Assembly: GCA_965197475.1 (NCBI GenBank)
Contig: CBDANF010000003.1
Coordinates: forward strand, 736,001 to 800,000
From: Candidatus Poribacteria bacterium
Lineage (GTDB): Bacteria; Poribacteria; WGA-4E; WGA-3G
Direction: 5' to 3'
Length of the DNA stretch: 64,000 nucleotides
The notes under the pieces are model-generated. The model searched no databases. It was not told the origin of the DNA and saw nothing but the letters and a program-made list of their open reading frames with translations. This document shows positions 9,434 to 18,731 of this stretch, one piece after another; the stretch's first letter is position 1, and every line of letters begins with the position of its first letter. A program made the translations under genes and the position numbers.

Positions 9434-10452
9434 TTTGCTTCGTCTCCGACTCGGATGCGTGGATCAAAGTAAGCATACAGTAGGTCAACAATGAGGTTGA
9501 CAAACATAAAAAGAGCAGAAACGAAAAGCACGCCGCCCTGGACAGCGCGGACATCGCGTGCTTCAACAGCATCGCGTAACCATGAACCGAGACCGGGCCA
9601 TGAGAAAATATGTTCGGTTAAGATTGCCCCTCCCATTAGATAGCCGAATTCAAGACCTATGACTGTCAAAATAGGGACCATACTATTTTTCAGTGCATGT
9701 TTGATAATAACTGTCCATTTCGATAAGCCTTTGGCATAAGCCGTAGTAATGTATGGTTGATTTAAAACCTCAAGCAGACTTGAACGGGTCATCCGGGCAA
9801 TAATTGCTAACGGAATTGTACCTAAGGTAATTGCGGGGAGTATAAGGTGTGCGATGGCATCCTTAAATGCGACGAAATTGCCCACAAGTAAGGTGTCAAT
9901 CAGATAGAATCCTGTGCGAGATTCTATGTCTAAACTCAAAATGGTATCCAAACGCCCAGTGGCAGGAAAAATATTTAAATAATAGGAAAAAAGCAGAATG
10001 AGCATCAACCCAAGCCAGAATATCGGCATAGAGATGCCCGCAAGAGATGTGGACATTGAAAAATAGTCCCAAAATCTGCCACGATAGACAGCCGCTATGA
10101 TTCCTGCCGTTATGCCGAAAAAGATGGAGAATACCATGGCTGCGAGAGTTAATTCAGCGGTTGCGGGAAAATAACGTTTGATTTCGTCAATAACGAGCTG
10201 TTTTGTTTTAAAGGAGCGTCCTAAGTCAAGATGCACAAGATCCCAAAGGAATTTTCCGTATTGGTAGAACAGTGGTTTATCAAGTCCAATATCCTCACGG
10301 ATTTGTTTGAGAACTTCTTCGGTAGCCCGTTCTCCAGCAATCGTGAGGGCTGCATCGCCAGGAATCAGATGGACCATCAAGAATACAAGGAGGGATACTC
10401 CAAGAAGTGATAAACCGATGGAGAGAAAACGTTGGACTAAATACGACAGCAA
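9430..10452 (-). CDS. dppB: Peptide ABC transporter permease (DppB-like)
   Basis: HLIPGD, DLGRSF, ARMTRSSLLEVL..YITTAYAKGL, DLLYAYFDPRIR. Confidence 0.9.
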   Translation of the reverse strand: MLSYLVQRFLSIGLSLLGVSLLVFLMVHLIPGDAALTIAGERATEEVLKQIREDIGLDKPLFYQYGKFLWDLVHLDLGRSFKTKQLVIDEIKRYFPATAELTLAAMVFSIFFGITAGIIAAVYRGRFWDYFSMSTSLAGISMPIFWLGLMLILLFSYYLNIFPATGRLDTILSLDIESRTGFYLIDTLLVGNFVAFKDAIAHLILPAITLGTIPLAIIARMTRSSLLEVLNQPYITTAYAKGLSKWTVIIKHALKNSMVPILTVIGLEFGYLMGGAILTEHIFSWPGLGSWLRDAVEARDVRAVQGGVLFVSALFMFVNLIVDLLYAYFDPRIRVGDEAK

Positions 10453-10509
10453 TATTCAAGCCTCACACAGCACAGACAAGGAACCTGCACGCCTACGCAG
10501 TTTGTGAAC

Positions 10510-11337
10510 TTAGAAAAATGGATTGTGTAATTTTTCTTCACCCACGGTAGTTGCCGGACCGTGACCTGGAAAAAGTCTCACATCATCTGGAAGCGTGAGC
10601 AGATTATCTCGAACACTATTAATTTCATCTTGATATGAGATGTTTGGACCTCCAACAGAACCCGCGAAAATAGCATCACCAACAAAAGCAGCCGTTTGCG
10701 TAAGAAAACTACAACCGCCCGGGGTATGTCCTGGAGTATCAAGCACAGTCACCATGAGCGCACCGATTTCAACAACATCCGAATGAACAAGTTCCCGCAA
10801 TTTGCCAGCACTCCGGGGTTTCGGTTCATTCTTATGGATATATGCTTGGCATCCGGTAGCGTTTTGGAGTTGTGGTAATCCATCGGCGTGATCTTTGTGT
10901 GAGTGGGTCAGAAGGATCGCTGTTGGGTTAACTTTATGTGCATCAAGTTTTTCCAAAATTAGGTCAGGGTGTGCGACGGTGTCAATAATTGCGGCTTCGT
11001 CTGTGGCTTTGCAGATCAAGAGGTAGGCGTTGACTGGCCATCCACCAACAGGCGCGCTCACTGTAATAACATCAAGGTTTGCGGCATCAAGCTGCTGAAC
11101 AGGATCAGGCTCCCACTGTTCTGTAGCAATGGCAAGTAGTTTGGTGCCATCTAAATTAAGCACATCTGCAAGTTTATAGACTTGCGCTTTTGTCGGTTTT
11201 AAGGTATACTTTTCCATACGAGATAGATCCGACTCTGCAATTCCAGCAGCTGTGGCAGTTTCACGCTGAGACATGTTTTGTCCACGTCGGGCTTTACCAA
11301 TGATGTCACCAAATTCGTCTTCAAGTGCGTATGCCAT
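10510..11337 (-). CDS. MBL-fold metallo-hydrolase with N-terminal XRE-like HTH
   Basis: IIGKARRGQNMSQRETATAAGI HTH; THSHKDHADG, TPGHTPG, GDAIF, PGHG. Confidence 0.85.
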   Translation of the reverse strand: MAYALEDEFGDIIGKARRGQNMSQRETATAAGIAESDLSRMEKYTLKPTKAQVYKLADVLNLDGTKLLAIATEQWEPDPVQQLDAANLDVITVSAPVGGWPVNAYLLICKATDEAAIIDTVAHPDLILEKLDAHKVNPTAILLTHSHKDHADGLPQLQNATGCQAYIHKNEPKPRSAGKLRELVHSDVVEIGALMVTVLDTPGHTPGGCSFLTQTAAFVGDAIFAGSVGGPNISYQDEINSVRDNLLTLPDDVRLFPGHGPATTVGEEKLHNPFF

Positions 11338-11435
11338 GAATGTTGTTCTCCTTTATTGTAGGTTGACAGAAATTATAGCAAATAAATCGGTATAAAGCAA
11401 TTCAAAATAGAAAGAGTGGAAGAAGGAGGAATCTT

Positions 11436-12008
11436 ATGCACGTTCCAAAAAACGGTTATGAACAGGCTGAGATATCGCTTGCGCCAATAAAAACTGATAT
11501 GACATTAGAAGAATTCCTTCAAAATGATATAGAGGGATATGAATACGTTAAAGGAGAATTAGTGCCGATGTCCCCACCGACGATGGAGCATGGTGAAATA
11601 AGTATGAGCCTTATTTTGCCTTTAGGTACATATATTCGTGAAAAACAGTTAGGTTGTCTGTACCCCGCAGATACAACATTTAAATTGGGTGACAGATTAG
11701 TGAAACCTGATATTGCGTTCGTTTCAAAAGAACGATTGCCTGAAAACAGACGTCAAGGATCACCCGTGCCTCCTGACCTGGCAGTTGAAGTGATTTCACC
11801 GACAGATTCCCAGTCTAAGGTTGTTGAAAAGGCTCTTGCTTATCTGGAAGCTGGGACACAGATAGTTTGGGTTCTCGAACCCAGATCGAAAACGGTAACC
11901 GTGTTTCGGTCGGAAACAGATATCAAAATACTCACACGCAAAGACATGCTCACAGGAGAGGATGTTGTTGAAGGCTTTTCCTGTCCGGTAGCACAACTTT
12001 TTGAATAG
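11436..12008 (+). CDS. Uma2-family (DUF820) endonuclease-fold protein
   Basis: YEYVKGEL, KPDIAFV, PDLAVEVISP, YLEAGTQIVWV. Confidence 0.92.
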   Translation: MHVPKNGYEQAEISLAPIKTDMTLEEFLQNDIEGYEYVKGELVPMSPPTMEHGEISMSLILPLGTYIREKQLGCLYPADTTFKLGDRLVKPDIAFVSKERLPENRRQGSPVPPDLAVEVISPTDSQSKVVEKALAYLEAGTQIVWVLEPRSKTVTVFRSETDIKILTRKDMLTGEDVVEGFSCPVAQLFE

Positions 12009-12049
12009 AGAAGATTGAAAGTAAATAAACACATTACAGAGGAAGGAAA

Positions 12050-12619
12050 ATGAACTCACAAGAAGTCCAAGAATACCCGCAAGAAATGCCCCCGTCAGAA
12101 CAAAGCACGATGACGTTGGATGAATTCCTTGAAAGCGATTTGGAGGGATATGAATACATTAAAGGAGAAATAATTCGGATGCCAGCTGCGTCATTGGAGC
12201 ACGGCTTAATTTGCTCAAGGGTCTTTTCACGTTTGGTTTTATATGTACAGGAACATCAACTTGGTGAAGTGGTGACACCGGACACGGGTTTCCAGGTGGG
12301 CGAACGCGTGCTGAAACCAGATGTTGCCTTCCTTTCTAAAGAGCGTCTGCCTGATGATACGAGTAGGGCATGCCCTGTACCACCTGACCTTGCTGTTGAA
12401 GTTATTTCCAAGTCAGATATTTCACTGAGGATTATTGAAAAAACATTCGCTTATCTGGAAGCTGGCACACAGATCGTTTGGGTTCTTGAACCTATTGGCA
12501 AGACAGTAACCGTATATCGATCGGAAACAGACATTAAGTTGCTCACACGCAAAGACACGCTCACTGGAGAGAATATCATTGAAGGATTTTCATGTCCAGT
12601 AGCACAACTTTTTGAATAA
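12050..12619 (+). CDS. Uma2-family protein, tandem paralogue
   Basis: Same motifs; C-terminus nearly identical to the upstream copy. Confidence 0.92.
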   Translation: MNSQEVQEYPQEMPPSEQSTMTLDEFLESDLEGYEYIKGEIIRMPAASLEHGLICSRVFSRLVLYVQEHQLGEVVTPDTGFQVGERVLKPDVAFLSKERLPDDTSRACPVPPDLAVEVISKSDISLRIIEKTFAYLEAGTQIVWVLEPIGKTVTVYRSETDIKLLTRKDTLTGENIIEGFSCPVAQLFE

Positions 12620-12628
12620 GGAGAATTT

Positions 12629-13387
12629 ATGAAACTTGGTTTAGTTACATATAATATGGCAAAAGATTGGGATATTCCCACGATCATTGAACGGTGTTCT
12701 GAAACAGGATTTGCAGGTGTTGAGTTGCGGACAACACACGCACACGGCGTTGAAGTTAGCCTCTCTGCAAGCGAACGTGCTGAAGTAAAACAACAGTTTG
12801 AGGATTCACCTATTGAGATTGCAGGTTTAGGATCCGCGTTTGACTATCATTCAGTTGATCAGGCAGCAGTTCGTAAGAATATAGATGGCACGAAAGAGTA
12901 TTCTCAGTTGGCAGCAGATGTGGGGGCACCGGGCGTAAAGGTCCGTCCGAATGGTCTCCCCGGTGAAGTTTCTGTCGAAAAAACGTTAGAACAAATAGGA
13001 TTGGCATTGCGAGAGTGTGGAGAATTTGCTGCTGATCTCGGTGTCCAGATTCGGTTAGAAGTACACGGCGGTGGCACCTCCGAACTCAGGCATATACGGA
13101 CTATTATTGATGTTGCTGATAATGATAATGTTTATGTATGTTGGAATTCTAACTTCAAAGAAGTTGAAAACGGATCTATCCAGAAAAACTTCAATTACGT
13201 CAAAGGTAGAATTGGCTTGGTTCATATCACAGAAATACACCGGAGGGAGTATCCATGGCGAGAACTTTTCACATCCTTGAAAGAGTCTGGATATTCGGGC
13301 TACACCTTGGCAGAAATTGCTGGGAGTTCTGATCCGGTAAGAGTGATGAATTTCTATCGGGCGTTATGGGAAGAATATAACAGATAA
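12629..13387 (+). CDS. Sugar phosphate isomerase/epimerase (xylose isomerase-like TIM barrel)
   Basis: GFAGVELRT, IRLEVHG, GYSGYTLAEI. Confidence 0.85.
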   Translation: MKLGLVTYNMAKDWDIPTIIERCSETGFAGVELRTTHAHGVEVSLSASERAEVKQQFEDSPIEIAGLGSAFDYHSVDQAAVRKNIDGTKEYSQLAADVGAPGVKVRPNGLPGEVSVEKTLEQIGLALRECGEFAADLGVQIRLEVHGGGTSELRHIRTIIDVADNDNVYVCWNSNFKEVENGSIQKNFNYVKGRIGLVHITEIHRREYPWRELFTSLKESGYSGYTLAEIAGSSDPVRVMNFYRALWEEYNR

Positions 13388-13531
13388 TTGAGGAGTGCAC
13401 ATAAATAATTCGATGTGAATGTGCACTTAAAAGTAGTAGGCACGCTCCGCGTGCCGTAACCCAATTCGAAGAGGCGCAATTTATTGCGAAATCAATGCCA
13501 TTAGAGGCAATTGAAAAGGAGAATAATCTAA

Positions 13532-13641
13532 TACCATTTCTCAAAAATAACTTCTCTTAAAAAAATAGACAGTTCGTAGTCGCGCAATTCATTGCGCCTC
13601 TTACATTTTTTCAAAAGAGAAAATAATTTATAGAATTGGTA
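13532..13641. mobile_element. MITE family E (TIR TACCA(T/A)TTCT) with internal REP GTAGTCGCGCAATTCATTGCGC
   Basis: 9/10 TIR, TAA duplicated on both flanks; lies between AAGGAG and the ATG of the next gene. Confidence 0.8.
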
Positions 13642-13645
13642 TAAG

Positions 13646-14407
13646 ATGAAAAATCTAATACTGATACTTTGTCTCACGAGTCTGATGATAATTTCTTTCA
13701 ACAATATTGATGCTGCAATTAATCCAGATTCGATTGTCGGTATCTGGCTCCTTGACGAAGGGCAAGGAGACACCGTCAAAGACACTTCTGGAAATGGGAA
13801 TGACGGAAAAATTATTAATGCCAAATGGACTAACGGGAAATTTGGAAAGGCACTTGAGTTTAATGGATCTGCTCGTGTAGAGATACCCCCAAGTGAATCT
13901 ATTGACGATTTTTGTGACGGGTTCACTTATCTGCTATGGGTAAAACCGACCGCCGCCCCTCCGAACGTTAACACACGCGTTATTGAACGTGATTGGCACA
14001 ATCCCACAATCCAAATTGGACCGGCTGATTTTTACGGAAGTATAGCGGTAAATGGTGACCAAGGCGCAACACACGTACGAGGCGGAACATGGGAACAGGG
14101 TGAGTGGAGTTTTGTTGCAATAACTCATGATGGAAACACACTTAAACTTTACGTAGACGGTGAATCTGTTGGTGAAAAGGCAGTCGGGAAACCTGACGAT
14201 AAACCAAATGGTCAACTTCGGCTTGCGTCTTGGAAAGATCCAGGTTGGACTTTTATTGGAATACTTGATGATGTTGGTGTTTTTAATACCCCGCTTTCTG
14301 ACAATGACATCAAGCAGATCATGGACAACGGTCTTGAAGAATCTTTAGCAGTTTCTGCTGTTGGCAAATTGGCAACGACATGGGCGCGTGTTAAAGAGAT
14401 GAGATAG
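13646..14407 (+). CDS. Secreted LamG-like jellyroll protein with C-terminal AVSAVGKLATTWARVK motif
   Basis: Signal peptide, WLLDEGQG..KDTSGNGNDG, GKFGKALEF, LKLYVDG. Confidence 0.88.
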   Translation: MKNLILILCLTSLMIISFNNIDAAINPDSIVGIWLLDEGQGDTVKDTSGNGNDGKIINAKWTNGKFGKALEFNGSARVEIPPSESIDDFCDGFTYLLWVKPTAAPPNVNTRVIERDWHNPTIQIGPADFYGSIAVNGDQGATHVRGGTWEQGEWSFVAITHDGNTLKLYVDGESVGEKAVGKPDDKPNGQLRLASWKDPGWTFIGILDDVGVFNTPLSDNDIKQIMDNGLEESLAVSAVGKLATTWARVKEMR

Positions 14408-14443
14408 CAGACATGCGCGTACCGTAAAGTTATTCCTATTTTA

Positions 14444-14549
14444 TAGTTAAATCTAAGTGCGTATACAATTCCTTGTAGGCGCGCTTTATAGGCGCGCTTA
14501 CAAAGCGCGCCTCCCGTTAGTAGTGTTCAAGCAATTATGGGTTTTACTA
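14444..14549. repeat. MITE-like family D with GTAGGCGCGC REP doublet
   Basis: TAGTTAAATCT...GGTTTTACTA ends, flanked by TTA and TAA. Confidence 0.6.
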
Positions 14550-14554
14550 TAATC

Positions 14555-14971
14555 TACTAAAGTTTGGACAATTTTAGAGTTCTTGTGTCATAACTTAGGT
14601 TGATGGAACACCTTAGGTATTAACTGGATTATACTATACACCTGTCGCCCGTTGGGGCTTTAGACTGAGGCAATAGCCTTGTTCTATACACCTATCGCCC
14701 GCGGGGCTAATATTTGATCCTCTATCATTTATATTTTCTGCGATTTTGCTGACTGAAAGAGCTCGTAGAAAAATACTTTTGGGCAGCCCCAGCCAAATCA
14801 ACGCCAAATGCGCGTGTGGCATTTGGCGGGGCGGAATGTTTATAGAAAAGTGGTGTTCCAGGATACGGAGACCCAGCGGGGCGACAAGTGTCCAGCATTT
14901 TTTACTTTATACACCTAATAGTCTCTCAGCAAGTCCACTTGAACAGCGTGTAAATTGTCCAAACTATAGTA
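14555..14971. mobile_element. 417-bp MITE (TIR TACTA(A/T)AGTTTGGACAATTT) holding several CCCC..GGGGCG palindromic units
   Basis: 19/20 TIR; internal TATACACCTGTCGCCCGTTGGGGCT-type repeats in both orientations; no credible ORF. Confidence 0.75.
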
Positions 14972-15020
14972 TAATCCTAATAGTCCGTTTAATGCAAAAT
15001 ATGAGTGATCAGGAGAAGTT

Positions 15021-15410
15021 ATGAATCAACTTGAATTTTATCAAGCAAAGTTAGAATATGAGACTGATTCTTGGGATCTCAGTGAAGCACTCAATAACGG
15101 AGAAGACATAGTTGTTATAGATACCCGTTCACCGGAGGCTTATGCACTTGAACACACACCAACATCAATTAATATCCCTCACAGATTGATGTGTAAGGCA
15201 ACTACAAGTCAGCTTGATAAATCAAAGTTGTACGTTACTTATTGTGACGGTATCGGTTGTAATGCTTCTACTAAAGGTGCATTGAATATGGCAAATTTAG
15301 GTTTTAATGTTAAAGAATTGCTCGGCGGCTTAGATTGGTGGCGGCGGGATGGTTATGAAACGAAAGGCAAGCAGGGCGTTCAGGGTAAGGAAATTAAATG
15401 TGGGTGTTGA
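15021..15410 (+). CDS. Rhodanese-like protein
   Basis: VIDTRSPEAY..EH, VTYCDGIGCNASTKGA, LGGLDWW; AGGAG RBS. Confidence 0.9.
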   Translation: MNQLEFYQAKLEYETDSWDLSEALNNGEDIVVIDTRSPEAYALEHTPTSINIPHRLMCKATTSQLDKSKLYVTYCDGIGCNASTKGALNMANLGFNVKELLGGLDWWRRDGYETKGKQGVQGKEIKCGC

Positions 15411-15434
15411 AATCAATAAAAAGTGCATTTTTAT

Positions 15435-15463
15435 TTGCAATTGGGTATATGATAATGTATAAT
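15435..15463 (+). promoter_or_regulatory. Sigma70-type promoter of tRNA-Asn
   Basis: TTGCAA-N17-TATAAT. Confidence 0.7.
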
Positions 15464-15487
15464 TAAGATGCAATATCTGATTCATAT

Positions 15488-15560
15488 TCCCTCATAGCTC
15501 AGTTGGTAGAGCAGATGGCTGTTAACCATCGTGTCGGCGGTTCGAGTCCGTCTGGGGGAG
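15488..15560 (+). tRNA. tRNA-Asn (GTT), CCA not encoded
   Basis: Acceptor TCCCTCA/TGGGGGA, D-arm GCTCAGTTGGTAGAGC, anticodon arm GATGG-CTGTTAA-CCATC, T-loop TTCGAGT. Confidence 0.97.
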
Positions 15561-15565
15561 TTTCA

Positions 15566-15608
15566 AGTGATGCTGATGGATTTTAAAGTTCGTCAGCATC
15601 ACTTTTTA
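15566..15608. terminator. Intrinsic terminator between the tRNA and the convergent gene
   Basis: AAGTGATGCTGA...TCAGCATCACTT followed by a T run. Confidence 0.8.
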
Positions 15609-15637
15609 AATTAGGGATTTCTTAAAATCTATTCAAC

Positions 15638-17266
15638 TTAGGATTCACGGAGTGCATCTGCTTTCAGCCAGCCAATAGAGTCAATAATTTTATCCTGATG
15701 CTCCCGCATCATCACCTCAATGAGTGCCGGTTTTTCAGCAGCAAGCGCGTCCCGTAAGATCGGCTTAAAATCCTCCAAATTTTCAACCTTCCGAGCATAA
15801 GCCCCGAAAGACTGCGCGAATTTGACAAAATCGGGATTCCGCAGGTCTGTGTCAATAGTACGTCCCTCAAATCCTTTCAATTGAGATCCTTTAATCGCTG
15901 ACAACGCATCATCATTCACTACAATTGCCACGACATTGATGCCATATTTCATGGCGGTTGCCATTTCCATTGCTCCCATTAGAAAACCTCCATCGCCACT
16001 AAAACAGATTACCGGACGGTCCGGATACGCGACTTTGGCACCGATAGCTGCAGGATAGGCGTATCCTAATGCAACACCGATATTCGGGTAGAGGAAGGTA
16101 CACGGATCGTAAATAGGAAACTCAGCAAATGACGCATAACCAAGTGAGTGAACATCAATTGAATAGATGGTATCTCGTGGCAGAACATCTTGCAGTTCGT
16201 GAATGATAGGCAAAGGCGGCTGCGTATCAAACTTAGCGCGAAGTTGCGGTAGCACGGCATCCCATCCATTTCGATCAGTGGATATATCCTCAATAAGTGC
16301 CTGCAAGGTAAGTTTTAAATCACCTACAACACCTATTTCACACGGATATTCTCGTCCAATTTCGTTTTCATCTTCGTCAATTTGGATAAACGGCTGCGGC
16401 AGTCTCATGCTCCAGCTTCCCGTATCAATGGATGTAAACCTCGGTCCAATACCAATTAAACAGTCAGCATGCTTGAGAACCTCTTGACCTAAAAAGCCGT
16501 AGCAGACTTGCAACGCTAACGGATGGTCTTCCGACAAAGTACCTTTTGCACAACGGGAGACAATAACAGGTGCTTTCAATTTTTCTGCAAGCAGTCTTAA
16601 CTCATTTCTGGCATTGGCATGAATCACAGCGGAACCGGCAAAAATCAGGGGCATTTTCGCATTGCGTATCTTATTAACCGCGGTACTTAGGATGGAATCA
16701 TCGGGTGGAGGTAATTCGGTGCGTTCGATTCGTGGCGGAATTCGGACTTCACTTTCTTCAGTGATTACGTCCATTGGGAATTCCAACACCGTTGGTCCTG
16801 GTCTACCGTTACGCATCGCCTTAAAGGCGTTTTCAACGACATCAGGAATCTCGGAGACAGTATGCGCAATAGCACAATACTTGGTGAGTGGTTCAAAAAA
16901 GCGCATTTGGTCCAAGCCGTGGAACATCTTACTCGGATGTCTGCTGTAAGAATCAGAATGGCTCTGTCCAGTAATGAGTAATACTGGCACACAATCGGTA
17001 AAAGCCTCCAAAATCCCTGTAGAAGCATTGCTTGCCCCCGGACCAGGCACGGTGATGGCAACGCCGACCTCACCTGTTGCGCGAGCGAACCCGTCTGCCA
17101 TTTGTGTCGCGGCGTACTCGTGTCGGACAAGAAAATGATTGATTGAACCCGTTCCGCGGCGGAGCAGGGAATCGTAGATTTGCATGTTTTGAGTTCCTGG
17201 CATTCCGAAAACTGCCGTAACCCCTTGTGCTTTCAAACATTCAATCAGAATATCTCCACCTTTCAC
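15638..17266 (-). CDS. Thiamine-diphosphate-dependent enzyme (acetolactate synthase large subunit-like)
   Basis: VFGMPG, VRHE, GPGASN, SGDGGF..NDD TPP motif. Confidence 0.9.
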   Translation of the reverse strand: MKGGDILIECLKAQGVTAVFGMPGTQNMQIYDSLLRRGTGSINHFLVRHEYAATQMADGFARATGEVGVAITVPGPGASNASTGILEAFTDCVPVLLITGQSHSDSYSRHPSKMFHGLDQMRFFEPLTKYCAIAHTVSEIPDVVENAFKAMRNGRPGPTVLEFPMDVITEESEVRIPPRIERTELPPPDDSILSTAVNKIRNAKMPLIFAGSAVIHANARNELRLLAEKLKAPVIVSRCAKGTLSEDHPLALQVCYGFLGQEVLKHADCLIGIGPRFTSIDTGSWSMRLPQPFIQIDEDENEIGREYPCEIGVVGDLKLTLQALIEDISTDRNGWDAVLPQLRAKFDTQPPLPIIHELQDVLPRDTIYSIDVHSLGYASFAEFPIYDPCTFLYPNIGVALGYAYPAAIGAKVAYPDRPVICFSGDGGFLMGAMEMATAMKYGINVVAIVVNDDALSAIKGSQLKGFEGRTIDTDLRNPDFVKFAQSFGAYARKVENLEDFKPILRDALAAEKPALIEVMMREHQDKIIDSIGWLKADALRES

Positions 17267-17430
17267 GTTTTACTCTCCTTTGTGCTTTTTCAGGAAATCT
17301 TCCAACCAAGCATCCGGATCACGTCCAAGTTTCCGCAGAAACTGACATCCTATTTTCTTAACAAAATTGGGAAGTAGGTTAAAAAGTCTTAGTTGCCAAC
17401 TCATAATAGTTCCTATAAAGGATACACAAG

Positions 17431-18561
17431 TTAATTCAGTAATGCCGCGCCTGTAACTTTGTCAAAAAGATGGATACGTTCAGGCACAAACGTAACATAG
17501 AGATACTGTCCAATTTCCGTATCAAAATTAGGGGATGTGCGGGATTTAAGGATCGTATGCGCGCCAGATGCATCTGTACCGAGCGTCAACTCAACTATCG
17601 TTTCTGCACCGAGCGGTTCAACGCTATAAACTTCAGTCTGAAAAGCATTCGGAACGGATTGATGGCTAACGAGCACATCTTCAGGATAAACCCCAAAGAC
17701 TAAGTTCTGGTTTGTACCATTTTCGGATACAGTTTTAGCGATACGGGAATCTTCAATAGAAAAACAATTGTTTTCTGTCGTGTCACCAGATAGAGTCAAT
17801 TGGAGGTTGCCGTTACTGCTTGAGATTTCACACGGGATACAGTTCATATTTGGACTGCCGATGAAACCCGCAACGAACAGATTCGTAGGGTGATTGTAAA
17901 TATCGGAGGGCGTTCCTAACTGCTGAATCCTGCCCGCTTCAAGCACAGCGATACGGTCTGCCATGGACATCGCTTCCACCTGATCATGTGTAACATAGAA
18001 TGTGGTAGTACCGAGTTCGCGTTGCCGCCACCTGATTTCAGCACGCATTTCGGTCCGAAGTTTCGCGTCAAGATTTGAAATCGGTTCATCCATCAGAAAC
18101 ACCTGTGGATGGCGCACCATTGCTCTGCCGAGTCCAACGCGCTGCGTCTCACCACCGCTCAACTGGTTCGGTGTCCGCATAAGTAGATGCTCAATATGTA
18201 ACATCTGCGCAATATCCTTGACACGCCGGTCAATCTCTTCAGCAGACAGATTGCGGGGGTGTAATGGGAATGCCATGTTCTCGTAGACAGAAAGGTGAGG
18301 ATAGAGAATATGAGATTGAAAGACAAAGGCGACATCACGCTCAGCAGGTGTTTTGTCGTTCACGCGAATACCGTCTAAGTAAATACTGCCTTCTTCGGGT
18401 TTGTCCAATCCGGCGACACACCGCAGCGTTGTCGTTTTCCCTGCCCCGGTCTGACCGAGTAGCACAAAGAACTCTTCATCTTTCACATCAAGTGTGATGT
18501 CGTCCAAAGCGATGAGCTCGCCGAACCGTTTTGTAACGTTTTCCAGTTTTACTGTTGCCAT
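17431..18561 (-). CDS. Sugar ABC transporter ATP-binding protein (MalK-like)
   Basis: GQTGAGKT, LSGGE, LMDEP, YVTHDQ, C-terminal TOBE region. Confidence 0.93.
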   Translation of the reverse strand: MATVKLENVTKRFGELIALDDITLDVKDEEFFVLLGQTGAGKTTTLRCVAGLDKPEEGSIYLDGIRVNDKTPAERDVAFVFQSHILYPHLSVYENMAFPLHPRNLSAEEIDRRVKDIAQMLHIEHLLMRTPNQLSGGETQRVGLGRAMVRHPQVFLMDEPISNLDAKLRTEMRAEIRWRQRELGTTTFYVTHDQVEAMSMADRIAVLEAGRIQQLGTPSDIYNHPTNLFVAGFIGSPNMNCIPCEISSSNGNLQLTLSGDTTENNCFSIEDSRIAKTVSENGTNQNLVFGVYPEDVLVSHQSVPNAFQTEVYSVEPLGAETIVELTLGTDASGAHTILKSRTSPNFDTEIGQYLYVTFVPERIHLFDKVTGAALLN

Positions 18562-18666
18562 ATTGGTATGTGATTGTTATCAGGTTATATTTTATTATTG
18601 CATGAATTGCAATTGGATGTCAATAGAAATAGGGTTCATTGTTCATTTCTCCACCATCTATGAGAT

Positions 18667-18695
18667 TTGTCTTTTACTGCTCTTTGTGCTATAAT
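18667..18695 (+). promoter_or_regulatory. Sigma70-type promoter of the glycosyltransferase cluster
   Basis: TTGTCT-N17-TATAAT with extended -10 TG. Confidence 0.55.
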
Positions 18696-18731
18696 AGATT
18701 TCAGCATTTACCTCACTGCTAAGGAAACACC

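Noticed and set aside
14634-15024. ORFs 14634..14822 and 14746..15024, and similarly 4713..4916 and 47138..47539
   Set aside because: They are translations of palindromic MITE sequence or antisense to real genes.
15399-15419. Rhodanese ending CGC-TGA as possible selenocysteine
   Set aside because: A TAA follows two codons later, there is no SECIS-like stem, and a terminal CGC is normal for this subfamily.
15488-15610. tRNA-Asn as an integration site for an island
   Set aside because: No duplicate of the tRNA 3' end or integrase was seen; a terminator and a metabolic gene follow directly.
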